Below are positions 12,991 through 24,990 of a DNA stretch of 64,000 nt, in pieces. Position 1 is the first letter of the stretch, and the number at the start of each line of letters is the position of its first letter. Made by a program: the position numbers and the translations under genes. The notes beneath the pieces are model-generated. The model was given only the letters and a program-made list of their open reading frames with translations, was not told where the DNA came from and made no database searches. The stretch comes from Ylistrum balloti (Eukaryota), in NCBI RefSeq assembly GCF_031769215.1, contig NW_026782467.1, positions 124,001 through 188,000 on the forward strand. The letters run 5' to 3'.

Positions 12991-14125
12991 CGCGTACCTA
13001 CCAATTAAAGCACTTTGACATGGACTGATGCTTTCTCTGAAATAGAACTAAGGATTTTTTAACAGTACTACAAGAAGCTGGAGGTTTGGCGGTGATGAAT
13101 CTGCGGAAGATTCATTACAGAACTTGACAACCCATGATCATGGGTGCACAAAAACAAATTTTATAATGAATTTGTCCTAATCAAGAAAAAGAACTGCTTG
13201 TAAAAAGTTCATGCGTCGAGTTATTTTATTTATGTTAAATGGCATCACATGCAGTGAGTAATACGTCGATTACAACACGGTTCGAGTAGGGACAATGTTG
13301 TCAATGATCAAGAATAAATGGTATCATTACTGTTGAGGTATACAAGTACATGTGTATCGACTTTCTGTTGCAAATCCCTACATAAAGACTTGTAATAGAG
13401 GAACATGGATTTTTATGACTATAATTTACGGATAGAGCTAGATCAGGAAGCTTCCGATCCTTTACGTAACTTACAGAAAATGTTAAACGTCGTTCCAGCG
13501 ATGTTATTTTCGACAACGATACATTGCTTACAAATGGTGCTACATGACAATCTTGTTCGTGGCGCACACAGGTAAATGACTTAGATCTAGTGCGTGACAT
13601 TGTTCGTGCACCGATGAATGGAGTCCGGCAATTTTAAATTCAAATAAAAAACAATGGTTATATGTGATTAGATATATGCCAAGATTTTAAAATAAAACGG
13701 AATCTATGAACTTCTTTGCTTGTTACCAAGGAAATACATGTAAGCGGAGTCATGCTGTCTTTGAATTGACGTCAGATAAATGGATGGTGGAATCATGCAT
13801 AATAGCAACTGTTAGATGAAATATTGCCTTTAATTCTCTATGAATAATTCTATATGAATTTCACTTAGGAGTTACACAATTAGAATGTAATACATGTTTT
13901 ACATCTAGATCCGTACAACAAAACACCATATATATCACTATCATTTGTTCTGACAATATTCCCAGACTGATAATACCTCGTCTCGATTCTTCCATCGTTA
14001 AACTCTGCATAATTATCGATTTGCTTTTGATACCTAGTGTATAGTATCTTCGTCTTTGATATAATTTTGCATAATTTCAAATTTACGCAATGAAATTCAC
14101 AATGAACGATTTTTTATCGTTAATT

Positions 14126-14313
14126 AGTTGCATAACTCACTAATCACGGTTAGCAAAGTAAACGCTTACATGTATGTGATTCTATTTTCCTATTATACCC
14201 GTCATATTAGTACCAAACGAAGTTGCATAACTCACTAATCACGGTTAGCAAAGTAAACGCTTACATGTATGTGATTCTACTTTTCTATTATGCCCGTCAT
14301 ATTAGCACCAAAC
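14126..14313. repeat. 95-bp tandem duplication, 2 copies
   Basis: agttgcataactcactaatcacggttagcaaagtaaacgc starts at 14126 and 14221. Confidence 0.92.
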
Positions 14314-15805
14314 CGGATTACAGATAATAGTTGTCTCTCCTTACTTTGTATTGTAAAATTTTCTCTCATTTCTACTTTTTCTGTCCATGACCATACACCC
14401 AGGTTCGCTGTTCTTGTATTACACACCAAATCATCAAATAAGGCACGTGCGCGTAGCGGTGTGACGTGTCCCTTCTCAATTGACGTCATCGCCTGATACA
14501 ATATATACACTTTTGTGTACAAATAGTTATTTGCTGTGACTGTTTAAATTTTGTTTTGAATTACAAAATTTGCCAAATCTAGGCACGGATAATTAATCTT
14601 CTGTGTCAATTTGTCGATCAATTGCATAATAGAAATATAGTTTTTGTGTAATATGGGGTCCTTTGTAGTATACTGTTGACGTCTGAAGCTATGTTAGAGA
14701 AAATACAAAAAGTCGGGCGAAGGGTGGGTTATTTTTATCATCGCAAAATGTGGTAAAACCCTCGGCAAATCTCTGATCTTACGGTATTTTGTGACCCTGC
14801 AGATGGAATTGCCTTTCCCTACACCTCGACACACGAAAAAAGTCTTATAATACATCCCTGGTGTACAACAATTCCGATATTGTTTATTTTGTAAATGGTT
14901 AAATACCAACACACTAAAGAGAATTTTAATCCTTGGACAGCAGGAGAGTCCAGCTGCTTATTTCTAATCCATCAGGTCTGAACCCAGACGGCACTGTTTG
15001 ACATTTGGTGGACAGAAATTAATTAATATAAGCTTTTGTCTTGTTTTCCAACCATTTATTTATTTGTATTTAAATTCATAATGAGAAATATATAGAAATA
15101 AAATATTGTTTAAACTCACATTCCGCACTAATTCACGGTACACGAGCACTGCATGAGAACCTACTACCAGCATCTGAAAAAATGCTCGTAGTCTGAGAGT
15201 TCATGTTGTATCATATCCCGAGGAAACTATCAAGTTATTTCTGTACGGTACGTCTTCCTTCTTTAATATAGCGCATCTCGATATCAACATAAATATTCAC
15301 AAAAATGACATTTTAATTAGCTTGTTTATGTGGATTAAGTCATATTACTTATTTTTGTTAATGGCAGATATAAATGACATTTACGGTAACGTCTTTGAAT
15401 CAGAACTTAAGGAGATGAATTTGCTATCTTTGAAGTGCTTTACCTCGGTAGAAATTAAAACTTCATTACACTTGAACTCTTACGTGTTATATATAATGTT
15501 GATTTACACAGTAGAAACTGTAAGTCCATATTTATTATGAATGGTAATGAGTTACGGATACCGTTGTTGTTAACTTTTAACATTAGTGCTGATAGCGCTC
15601 AATGTATTGTGACAGTCATTGATAAATGTTAAGTGAAGTTTTGTGATAATATGTAACAAGTGTCCTCGACTTGATCTATTGCTACTGGTAACAATCTTTG
15701 AAAAAAGGTGCAATTTCTATCTATTCGTGACAGCATATGACAAGTATTGTCTGCTGAAACATTTTGTAACAGTCTTTGAATAGCGTCGCCGGCATGACTC
15801 TTTTG

Positions 15806-15970
15806 ACATTGTACATTGTACAGGACAAATGTCGCAGACTGGGTCTGTTTGTGACAAGCTTTGACAAGTGGCGTCGACAGGACTTTTTTGAAATTGTACA
15901 TTGTGCAGGACAAATGTCGCAGACTGGGTATATTTGTGACAAGCTCTGACAAGTGGCGTCGGCAGGACCT
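15806..15970. repeat. 85-bp tandem duplication, 2 copies
   Basis: caggacaaatgtcgcagactggg at 15821 and 15906. It contains tttgtgacaag/tgacaagtg motifs related to the 39-bp array downstream. Confidence 0.85.
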
Positions 15971-16129
15971 ATTTGAGATGGTACTTGAAAAATGTCATAC
16001 TACTTCTGACAGTTTTTTTATAAGTGTCGTCATCTAAACCAACTTGTTATAGTCTTGGTCGAGTGTTAACTAGACCTATTTGTGACAGCGTTTGACAAGT
16101 ACCCTCTGTGACAGAAGTAGTTGGCTGGG

Positions 16130-16668
16130 CCTTTTTGTGACCGTTTTTGACAAGTGTTGCCGACTTCACATGTTTGTGACCGTCTTTGACAAGTGTTGCC
16201 GACTTCACATATTTGTGACCGTCTTTGACAAGTGTTGCCGACTTCACATGTTTGTGACCGTCTTTGAGAAGTTTTGCCGACTTCACAGATTTGTGACCGT
16301 CTATGACAAGTGTTGCCGACTTCACATATTTGTGACCGTCTATGACAAGTGTTGCCGACTTCACATGTTTGTGACCGTCTTTGACAAGTGTTGCCGACTT
16401 CACATGTTTGTGCCCGTCTTTGACAAGTGTTGCCGACTTCACATATTTGTTACCGTCTATGACAAGTGTTGCCGACTTCACATGTTTGTGACCGTCTATG
16501 ACAAGTGTTGCCGACTTCACATGTTTGTGCCCGTCTTTGACAAGTGTTGGCGACTTTATAGATTTGTGACCGTCTTTGACAAGTGTTGTCGACTTCACAT
16601 ATTTGTTACCTTCTATGACAAGTGTTGCAGACTTCACAGATTTGTGACCGTCTATGACAAGTGCTGCC
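16130..16668. repeat. 39-bp minisatellite, about 13.5 copies
   Basis: Unit gtctttgacaagtgttgccgacttcacatgtttgtgacc; 13-aa periodicity in ORFs 16047-16706. Confidence 0.95.
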
Positions 16669-16771
16669 GTCTGGTTCTATTTGTGGCAAACACAATTAGT
16701 TATTAAAGTTCCGAAGACTAACCGGTTTTATACCGCGATATAATTTATTAAAATGTGTAGTTGACTTTGAC

Positions 16772-17700
16772 AACAAGAGATTCCAGAGGGATCTTGGCGT
16801 CCACCATTGTTTGATCTTTATATGCTCTTTGAAAGTTGGATCTTTTCCTTTTTCTCTCTCGTCTTCTCTGTTTGCTCTTAAAGATAAGACATTTGAAAAT
16901 TCCTTTGCAGAAATAGTGATGATAAAATCTACTTGCCAAATCCAAACTGGCCACCTGGAAGCCCCAAAATCAACCAAGCACAAGGAGACACAAAATGAAA
17001 CAAACGTATGTAATTTGAGATATTCATTCAGTACTTCTTAAGAAATAGCAATAACAATCTTTACAAGGCTAATTCCAATATGGCTGCCTGTCTGCCATTT
17101 TGTTTTTCTGATCAGTCCCAAACTACAACAGGCACAACAAACCATCTAAAGAAACATATACAAGAAATTTGAGAAAGATCTATAGAGTAGTTCTCAAGAA
17201 ATAGTGATAACAATCTTTCGACGTCAAAATCTAACATGGCCGCTTATGGGGCATTTTATTTCTTCTGATAAGTACCAAAATCAAAAAGGCACAACTAGGA
17301 ATCAAGGAAAGCATACACATGAAATTTGAGAAGGACCTATGCTGTAGTTCTCAAGAAATACGATAACAAACTTTCTACGTCATAATCTAGGATGTCCGTC
17401 TGTCTGCCATTTTGTTCCTCTGAGCAGACCCAAAATTCCATGGGCACACCTAGAGACCAAGGGAAACCTGCGCATGAAATCTGAGAGATCCATCAAGTTC
17501 TTCTCAAGCAATAGCAATAACAATTTTTCAAAATCAATCCAAGATGGCCGCCTGTCAGCCATTTTGTTTTTTGATCAGACACCAAATCAAAGGGACACAA
17601 CAAGGGACCAATGGGAACCTACATATGAAAGATATGAAAGATCCTTCCTGTCCAACTCAAAGTCAAAATCTAAGATGGTCGCCTTTCGACCATCTGATGA
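16772..17700 (+). mobile_element. Non-autonomous Helentron/HINE-like element carrying about 5 diverged ~155-bp satellite monomers
   Basis: 5' end aacaagagattccagagggatcttggcg contains a hairpin (agattcc/gggatct). The anchor ttct(c/t)aag(a/c)aata at 17036, 17191, 17348 and 17501 gives periods of 155/157/153 bp. Each monomer carries an aaatccaagatggccgcc...gccattttg-like motif, as recalled for bivalve ~160-bp satellites. The 3' end was not clearly identified. Confidence 0.6.
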
Positions 17701-18198
17701 TGGTGGATTAAAAATATAAACAGTTCTTAAACGAGATGTAAGTATTACGCTGACATACACTGTAATAATGGTTTGTAGTCTGATTGTTTTCACATCAGGA
17801 CACCATTCAAACAAATAGATGGATAAACATTAAAACTGTACAAGTGTTCTTTTTTTATGAAAATGTGGCATAAATACTCTAGATGAGTCGTCCTTCTAGC
17901 ACACCTCTGGTTCAAATCTGACACTTCACGATCGGGACAGATTTTGCCCAATCGTTTGGAATTAATTAAAGGACTTAATTTAACCCATGATACTTTCATC
18001 CGTAAAATACGCAAAATGCACCAGGATAGGAGACACCCTGCCTATTTGCGAGTTTATTAAAATGTGTACATCTTTAAAAAAAATAAGCAAGAATGGCATA
18101 AAAATAGCGAACATCACATAACAATGTTAATCAAATTTGTTAATTTGTAAGTATTAAATATAATGAGAGCATATACATTTTTCTACACTAATCCGTAA

Positions 18199-19314
18199 TT
18201 AAGTGCTAAGATCTGATAGTTCTGTGGACATAGGGTTCGAAACCTCAGTGTTTGCCGGACTGTGGCCATTGTGCGTCACTTCCGTCGATAGGTTTGCCAC
18301 ACTGACGTATTCGTCCTCAAACTCACTCACACCTCGACACACTTTGAATGTGAGCAGCCTCCTGAACGCCATTCTGAACCCCCTGTTAAAGTTGTAATAG
18401 AGAAAGGGATTGAGCATGGAGTTGAGATACCCTAGCCACAAGGCCACTGTCCAGGGGATGTACGGAATTGTGTAGCCAATCATTGGATCAATGATATTGA
18501 GGATGAAAAACGGAAACCAGCACACACAGAAACATCCCATAATGATCGAGATCGTTTTCGCAGCTTTTGTCTCCCGTTTCAATTTCCCGGTGTGATGCTT
18601 GTGCAAGTTAAGTTCTAAACTACGGATATGTTTTGCTTGTTTTTCTGCTGCTATATATATTCTTACGTTGCACACAATCATAAAAATAGTCGGGAGGTAA
18701 AACGCTATGGTAGAACATACAACGGCGAAAGCGGTGTTCACCATGAAACTACAAGTCGAATCATCCGGAAACATACAATGGTACAAATCTTCGATTCCAA
18801 ACAGGTTCCATTCGTTCATTATTGGAACAAATGATATCAAAATGGGCGTGAACCAACAGCATACGACCATGCCAGCGATCACTGAATTGTTAAGTCGTTC
18901 ATGGAGAAATGGACGACAAATGGCAAGGTATCTGTCGATGGCGAGACATGACAGATGTATGATGGATGTCGTTGTAAACATAACGTCTAAACTCGTCGAT
19001 ACCAGACAAAGTGTGTGACCAAGCGCCCATGACTTATTACTAAGCTGTTGATATACTCCGAACGGCATCACCGACAGTGCCACCATGCAGTCGGCAAGCG
19101 CTAGAGACACCACGAACACATTTGTGATGGTGCGCAAGCGTTTATGCGTGAACACAGCTACTATCACAAGCGTGTTTCCGAAAAACGTAAGCACAGGAAA
19201 TAACGTCAGAATTAGACCGAGCACAGCCCGAACTTCCACCGAATAGAATGGCGGGGGACCCTGTTTGCCCTCCAATAGGACAGAACAGTTCACTTCCGGC
19301 GTTGTATTTAGCAT
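18199..19314 (-). CDS. HTR4: 5-hydroxytryptamine (serotonin) receptor 4-like class A GPCR, 371 aa, intronless CDS
   Basis: Seven TM segments with GN (TM1), LAxAD (TM2), D3.32 in LDVMFTTTSIIHL, DRY, CWFP and NPFLY. HTR4-like stretches: ISFVPIMNEWN, CSFMVN, CSTIAFYLP (C5.42/S5.43/A5.46), ETKAAKT...IIMGCFCVCW, NIIDPMIGY, LWLGYLNS. N-glycosylation sites NTT and NCS. An in-frame stop lies upstream of the ATG. Orthology to HTR4 is by recalled similarity only. Confidence 0.9.
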   Translation of the reverse strand: MLNTTPEVNCSVLLEGKQGPPPFYSVEVRAVLGLILTLFPVLTFFGNTLVIVAVFTHKRLRTITNVFVVSLALADCMVALSVMPFGVYQQLSNKSWALGHTLCLVSTSLDVMFTTTSIIHLSCLAIDRYLAICRPFLHERLNNSVIAGMVVCCWFTPILISFVPIMNEWNLFGIEDLYHCMFPDDSTCSFMVNTAFAVVCSTIAFYLPTIFMIVCNVRIYIAAEKQAKHIRSLELNLHKHHTGKLKRETKAAKTISIIMGCFCVCWFPFFILNIIDPMIGYTIPYIPWTVALWLGYLNSMLNPFLYYNFNRGFRMAFRRLLTFKVCRGVSEFEDEYVSVANLSTEVTHNGHSPANTEVSNPMSTELSDLST

Positions 19315-19601
19315 TCCTTGAAAAACATCAAACGCACACTGGTCAGTGGTCTATTCTACTTTGACACGGGTTTGATGATCGTTACATGCAACTGTTCTTT
19401 GTTAGCATTGTTTTTCATTTCATAACTGGAACTTCTTTCGTTGTTGTAGAACTTCCGGTCCATTCAGTAGTAGTTTTACCTCCTTTAATGGAAATCCTGT
19501 GATGGGCACACACAAACAAGGCCGATACTCACTACTGCTTTCCTTCTGGTGTCCAGATATCACAGCAATGTCTGTATTTCATCTGAGAGCGTCTGAAAAA
19601 T
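19315..19601 (-). promoter_or_regulatory. Putative 5' UTR part of the coding exon, with a splice acceptor and three uORFs
   Basis: Minus-strand ...aatttttcAG (AG at 19594-19593) would open the exon at 19592. uORFs at 19582-19532 (16 aa), 19463-19356 (35 aa) and 19328-19308 (6 aa, overlapping the main ATG out of frame). Confidence 0.45.
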
Positions 19602-20329
19602 TAGACATTCCATGATTAACAATGATATTAATACTAAACACATATATAATCAGATGCTAGTTTCTTATTACAGCATTTCCTTTTCCATCTAGATGTGAAA
19701 GGTCAGACGCCTGTAGGTTGAATAACCTTTGATATCTGGTCGGTTATTATTATGTAATTTATATAAAAGATCTGGAGAATTCTTCCAGTTGAATGGTACA
19801 AGTAATAAACTCTCATTATACTGACAGGAATTAATAAAATTTGTGACAGATTTCTTAATTACAATGTTAATACAAGTGTATCTGTAAGGTAATCATGATT
19901 AACTGTCTCTATCTCGTATTCTAGCACTTGATTTAAATTAAGATCTTGTTTCTGTCGTCCCGTTTTGTCTATCAGACAGCCTTACCTTCCCATGATAACA
20001 CCCTAGTTATGCCCCCTGTCCTAACATGTCGTCTTTACATCAACTTTTGTAACATGTATCCTCCAGTCTTAGGTTCCTGCCTTAGTGTTTGAAACCCTCA
20101 ACTTAAACCGTTTAGTGTCACCTGTCACCTGATCGTATTCGTCAAACTTGATGCGTGTTTTAGAATCCTGTCATCAAACTCGCGTCTTTGTCGTCCAATC
20201 TTAAAATTCTGAAGGCTTTGCTTAGTTTTAACAACCTTTCGATCCAATCTCAACCCTAGTTTAGTCATAAATGCCTTTTACTGACATCTTATTCTACAGT
20301 TGGCCTAGTCTTAACCACATTTGATTAAC

Positions 20330-20900
20330 CTCCTATCTTAGCATCAGCTTAGTTTTATCAACCTTTGCTTATCTCATGAATTAACCCCAGTCTAGTCATA
20401 GCCATATTTCACGAAATTCCTTTCTTTACCGAAATATAGTCCTAACAATCTTTTAATAACCTTCTATCTTAACATCAACTTAGTCTCAATAACATTTTAT
20501 TAACCCTTTGTCTTAACATCAGTTTAGTCTCAACAACCTTTTATTAACCCTCTGTCTTAAAATCAACTTAGTCTCAATAACAATTTATCAACCCCTTGTC
20601 TTAACATCAGTTTAGTCTCAACAACCTTTTATTAACCCTCTGTCTTAACATCAGCTTAGTCTTAACAACCTTTTATTAACCCTCTGTCTTAACATCAGCT
20701 CAGTCTTAACAACTTTTTATTAACCCCCTGTCTTAACATCAGCTTAGTCTTAACAACCTTTTATTAACCCTCTGTCTTAACATCAGCTTAGTCTTAACAA
20801 CTTTTTATTGACCCCTTGTCTTAACATCAGCTTGGTCTTAATAACCTTTTATTGACCCCCTGCCTTAACCTCAGCCTGGTCTTAATAACCTTTAATAACC
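20330..20900. repeat. 44-bp minisatellite, about 10 good copies with decayed edges
   Basis: Unit ttaacatcagcttagtcttaacaaccttttattaaccctctgtc; anchors at 20469 and 20513. Confidence 0.92.
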
Positions 20901-21879
20901 TTCAATCTTGTTTTAAGTCTAGTCTCTTAGTCACATTTCAGTAATTTCCTAATCTTAACCTCGGCCTAATAATTACAACATTTACAGTCTTTCTTACCCT
21001 CCTAACTTCCTAACTGTTTTCTCCTGTTACATAAAGCCATACTTTCACCTGTCTGATGCACGCATAGCGTTTCTGTCTTAACCCACTAGTTTAACATCTG
21101 TAAAAGCTATTGCCTTGATATTACATCTCCCTGTTTCACTTTCTTACCTTAACTTCTATTCTTCAAACGTCTTATTTGTTTGGATTTTACTTTAAGATAA
21201 ATGAATAAACGTCTACAACGCCATTATTTTTAATCTCGTTTCCAGCCTGGTTTATTACACGGCCAATCACAACTCCAGATCTTGTGTTATATATCTATAT
21301 TCACTGTAAAACTTCAAACTTGCTTCTCTAATCTTACTTAGTGTCTTATTGTCCTATATCTTAACTCTCCCGTCCAAATGTCTTGTCTTAAAATGTCCGC
21401 CTTAACCGCTACAATAACCTTTTATATTAGCAATCACACAGTCACACTGTAACACAATGCTGGTTTTAATTTTAAATAGTTTAAACCACCTTGTGATAAC
21501 AAAGGTAGAGGTAATCATTATGGGCAGAGTGTGACACGTTTACATTCAAATGGTGTATCATTTAGTATAAAAGTTTAAACATAACGGATTTTTGTCGGAT
21601 TTAACCACGGGCAATGTAATTTACATCAAAATAAATTTCGTCTTATCGTTTTCATATCCACCAAACCCCAGGCATCGCCTCTGTGCATACATATTAATGA
21701 AATTAATCAAAACAATCTGGTGTGTGAGGAACACAGCTGTTTGCCTAGTCAAGGGGGTCCATGGATTTCCATAGGTCGCTCTCCGTTTATCATGCTCTCT
21801 AAAGACAGAAAAAACCTCCCGCTTTTCATTGTACTTAAAAGTTACAACTCACACACAAGCATGTATGTCAACAATCTGT

Positions 21880-22070
21880 GTTTGGTTGTTAACAGCCACG
21901 ATCATTTTGAGGCGCGGAGCTGGTGACTACATTACCGAACAACATACGGGAAGCCAATACCATGACATTCCAAACAAATTGGGGTTAAGTGTCTTGCCCA
22001 AGAACACGACCATTACAGACCAAGACAGTCCGCATCTCAACTTGTTTAGAAAGAGATAACGCTGCTAGTA
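21880..22070 (-). mobile_element. CORE-type SINE remnant
   Basis: The minus strand has gtgttcttgggcaagacacttaacccc (21981-22007 on plus), matching the MIR/CORE motif gtgaccttgggcaagtcacttaacc. It is followed by a tail cgcctcaaaatgatcgtggctgttaac resembling bivalve SINE tails. Confidence 0.65.
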
Positions 22071-22712
22071 GGAAACAAATCTTCGATCATCTACCTGTTA
22101 TTTATCTATATATTGCTGTCCCTATTATGGGCAGGACTACGGGTAATGGAAGGTGACTAATGATTAAAAAAAAAGCTCCTCAGTCATTACGAGTGACATC
22201 ATTAATCATCGTATTTTTAACCCATTCCAACTCAATATACAGAGTTCAGAGCAATGTTAGTGATTACTACCGGGGCACATACAGGAAGTAATGATCTATC
22301 TACATTTTACGGCAGCTAAGCCTCAGAAGATTCTGTGAAATTCCCATAACCACATATTCTTACCAAATGTTTACATGTTTATGAGAACTATAAAATATAA
22401 GACAGATTTCCTTTGAAGAGTTTCCAAAGTAAGATACGCGAACAAAAAGTATATGTATACATGTAAATCAATTAACAGGCTTCACTAAGAGGATGGCATT
22501 TTCTTAATTATAACGATCAGTCAGACACACGAAACGCCGGTTAATGAGAATTAGCGGTGCTACACGAAAAACGATTCAATCATGCGTGAATTTAAAGTCA
22601 AGATAAAATTGAAATGCTTTACAAAATACACTATGCCGTTAACATTCTAACATATGTATTTAGTTTCTTACAGAATTTAAAGTATATATGTGATAAAGGG
22701 GAGCCGAGAACT

Positions 22713-22714
<2 letters not shown>

Positions 22715-22756
<42 letters not shown>
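22715..22756. repeat. (CT)21 microsatellite
   Basis: Perfect CT run. Confidence 0.98.
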
Positions 22757-22758
<2 letters not shown>

Positions 22759-24952
22759 AAAAAACCATGAGTTAAAAGATAGAAGAAGCAATATCAATTA
22801 TTATAAGCTACTGACCATCAGTGCCTTATACACAGACAAAAGATGCTTCTAGCGTTTTTCCATCATTGCTCCATTAAATGGAATACAAGAAAAGAGAGGT
22901 GAAGGTCGCCATTCCGTTTTCGGAGCCACGCCTACAAGTACGCTGTAACACGTCCTCTGATAATGAGATATTTCTTAAATGTTAAACTTTAAGCTTTATT
23001 GCATAAAATATAAAATATTGCAAATAAAATCTGACACTAAGTTAAGTAATTCAACAAAAAAGCAACTATGGTTCGACAACAGTTAAACAATTATTGTAGA
23101 CAATCTCGGGTATCTAATGTTAATCGGAAAAGTTAACAAACTCAGTGAATAACGTCGGTCGTTAGTTTGCGACGAAACACTATTTTCTTACAAATTCGAT
23201 CAGTGACCAGTAAGTCGCATCAGATGATGGCAAACCCTCTCTGTGGTCTGCTGATAGTTGAATACGCCAGCTGACAGGCTGTGCGGGAGTGCTTAGCTAC
23301 GGTGCACAACCATGTGTCATTAATGTGAGAAGTAATGCAGGCGATGAAGGCCAATGGGGATGATACGATATCTAAATAAAAACAACATTTATACAGATTC
23401 TTACAGCGTTATATGCCACAGTTGGCATGATATGATGTAGTCCCACATGTGATCTAAACTAAAACAAAGAAACATGTTATAAGTCCTGTCATTTTATCAA
23501 GAGAGTATCGTATCGACGTCGGTGTCAAAAGCAAGAGTAAAAAACAGCGACTTAAGTACATCTATGGAATTGAAAATTACATTTTGGCCCGATTTTATTT
23601 TCAACGATGAAGTTCAAACATTCTTGAATAAAAATACTTATAAGATATTAAAGATATTAATCCATTCCCTTTAAATGTAACATTTCGTAGCCAACAGGAC
23701 TATATTTTAGAGCGTGCCGTATCAGATGGTTTCTGTAAGATGTCGCTGGTATGTCTCACAGATGAAAATCGAATGGAATGAAAGAAAACATTAATTACAC
23801 TCAAAGAAGTCAAAGTGACATCGTTCAGGATACCGGATAAATACTGTTGATTGATATAAAATACAACATTTCACCATCTTTGAAATTGAGGTGTCGAAAA
23901 TTTAAACACTAGACATTCTGTTGACGGTAGCTATCATGGTCTTGGAGATCCTGGGGTGGGCTAGTCATCACAGTCAGGGGAGGCAGGGGCGGTGAAAAGG
24001 AACAGAGAAACAAAGACATGCATTCATTACGTAACCATGTGATCTCAAACAGCGTGACGTTACGGTAAAACTCTACACGTGATGTATAGTTGTATTTCCA
24101 CCCCCTGACGTCTGCAATTGTATGTCATACATATTAAAATGTATAAAACCAAAGAATAAATAGTGACATACATTGTGGTCCATTTCTTCTTCGATATTCA
24201 CAATATCATTGGTTAATTAATCTGTGGTCATATAAACCAATTTGTTAACATTGAACATAGATTAAAATGATAATTGATTCGTACGAGACACGTTCTATTT
24301 TATACTATTTTCTTATACTTGTCTGTTTTACTTCCTTATCGCCCGCCTGAAGATTTCTAGATAACGCATAATACACATATCACGCTAGATAATCACCGTT
24401 AGATCTAAAAATGAGTTACTAATGTAATAACGATCAGCCTAAATGGAGGTTGTGGAAGATGAAAGGAGACGATATGCTTAGCAAGACAAATGAAAACGTT
24501 ACGCTGGATCTCTGTATCGCCCTCACACATCACAGAAGTGTTCTCTTCAGCAACTGATTGGCATCCAAGGACGAAGCTATATATAAAGTGACATAGCAGA
24601 TTGGCAAAAATTCCAACGTGCTAAAATCACGCAAACTTGTCGAGGAAATGTGAGAGTAAATCTAAATAAAATCATAGCGTTCCACTATATCGTCCTGATT
24701 GACGTATTCAATATTCGAAGAATAATGAAATAATACCGTGATGTGTCGAAGAAAGACAAGATTAAAAAAAATACAAGTTCACATAAAATTTGCCATACAG
24801 ATTTTTGCGCATCTTAATCACAAGTCATTTGATATCAGTATCATAGAGACTGCGTTTTAGATAGAACTGAAATATGTGTGTGACAAGTGATCCTTGAAAC
24901 GAAAAGTGAAAAATAATTGCAGATTATTGTCTTTATAGACGTACAGGCGATC

Positions 24953-24990
24953 ATGACGTCATCAACATTGTGACGTATTACGTCATGACG
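24953..24990. promoter_or_regulatory. Cluster of CRE/ATF-like elements
   Basis: TGACGTCA (24954-24961), the palindrome TGACGTA-T-TACGTCA (24971-24985) and TGACG (24986-24990). Function unknown. Confidence 0.35.

Noticed and set aside
16047-16706. 196-aa and 204-aa ORFs
   Set aside because: They are the 39-bp repeat read on both strands.
18203-19018. Plus-strand ORFs overlapping the receptor
   Set aside because: They are antisense shadows of the GPCR CDS with no recognisable motifs.
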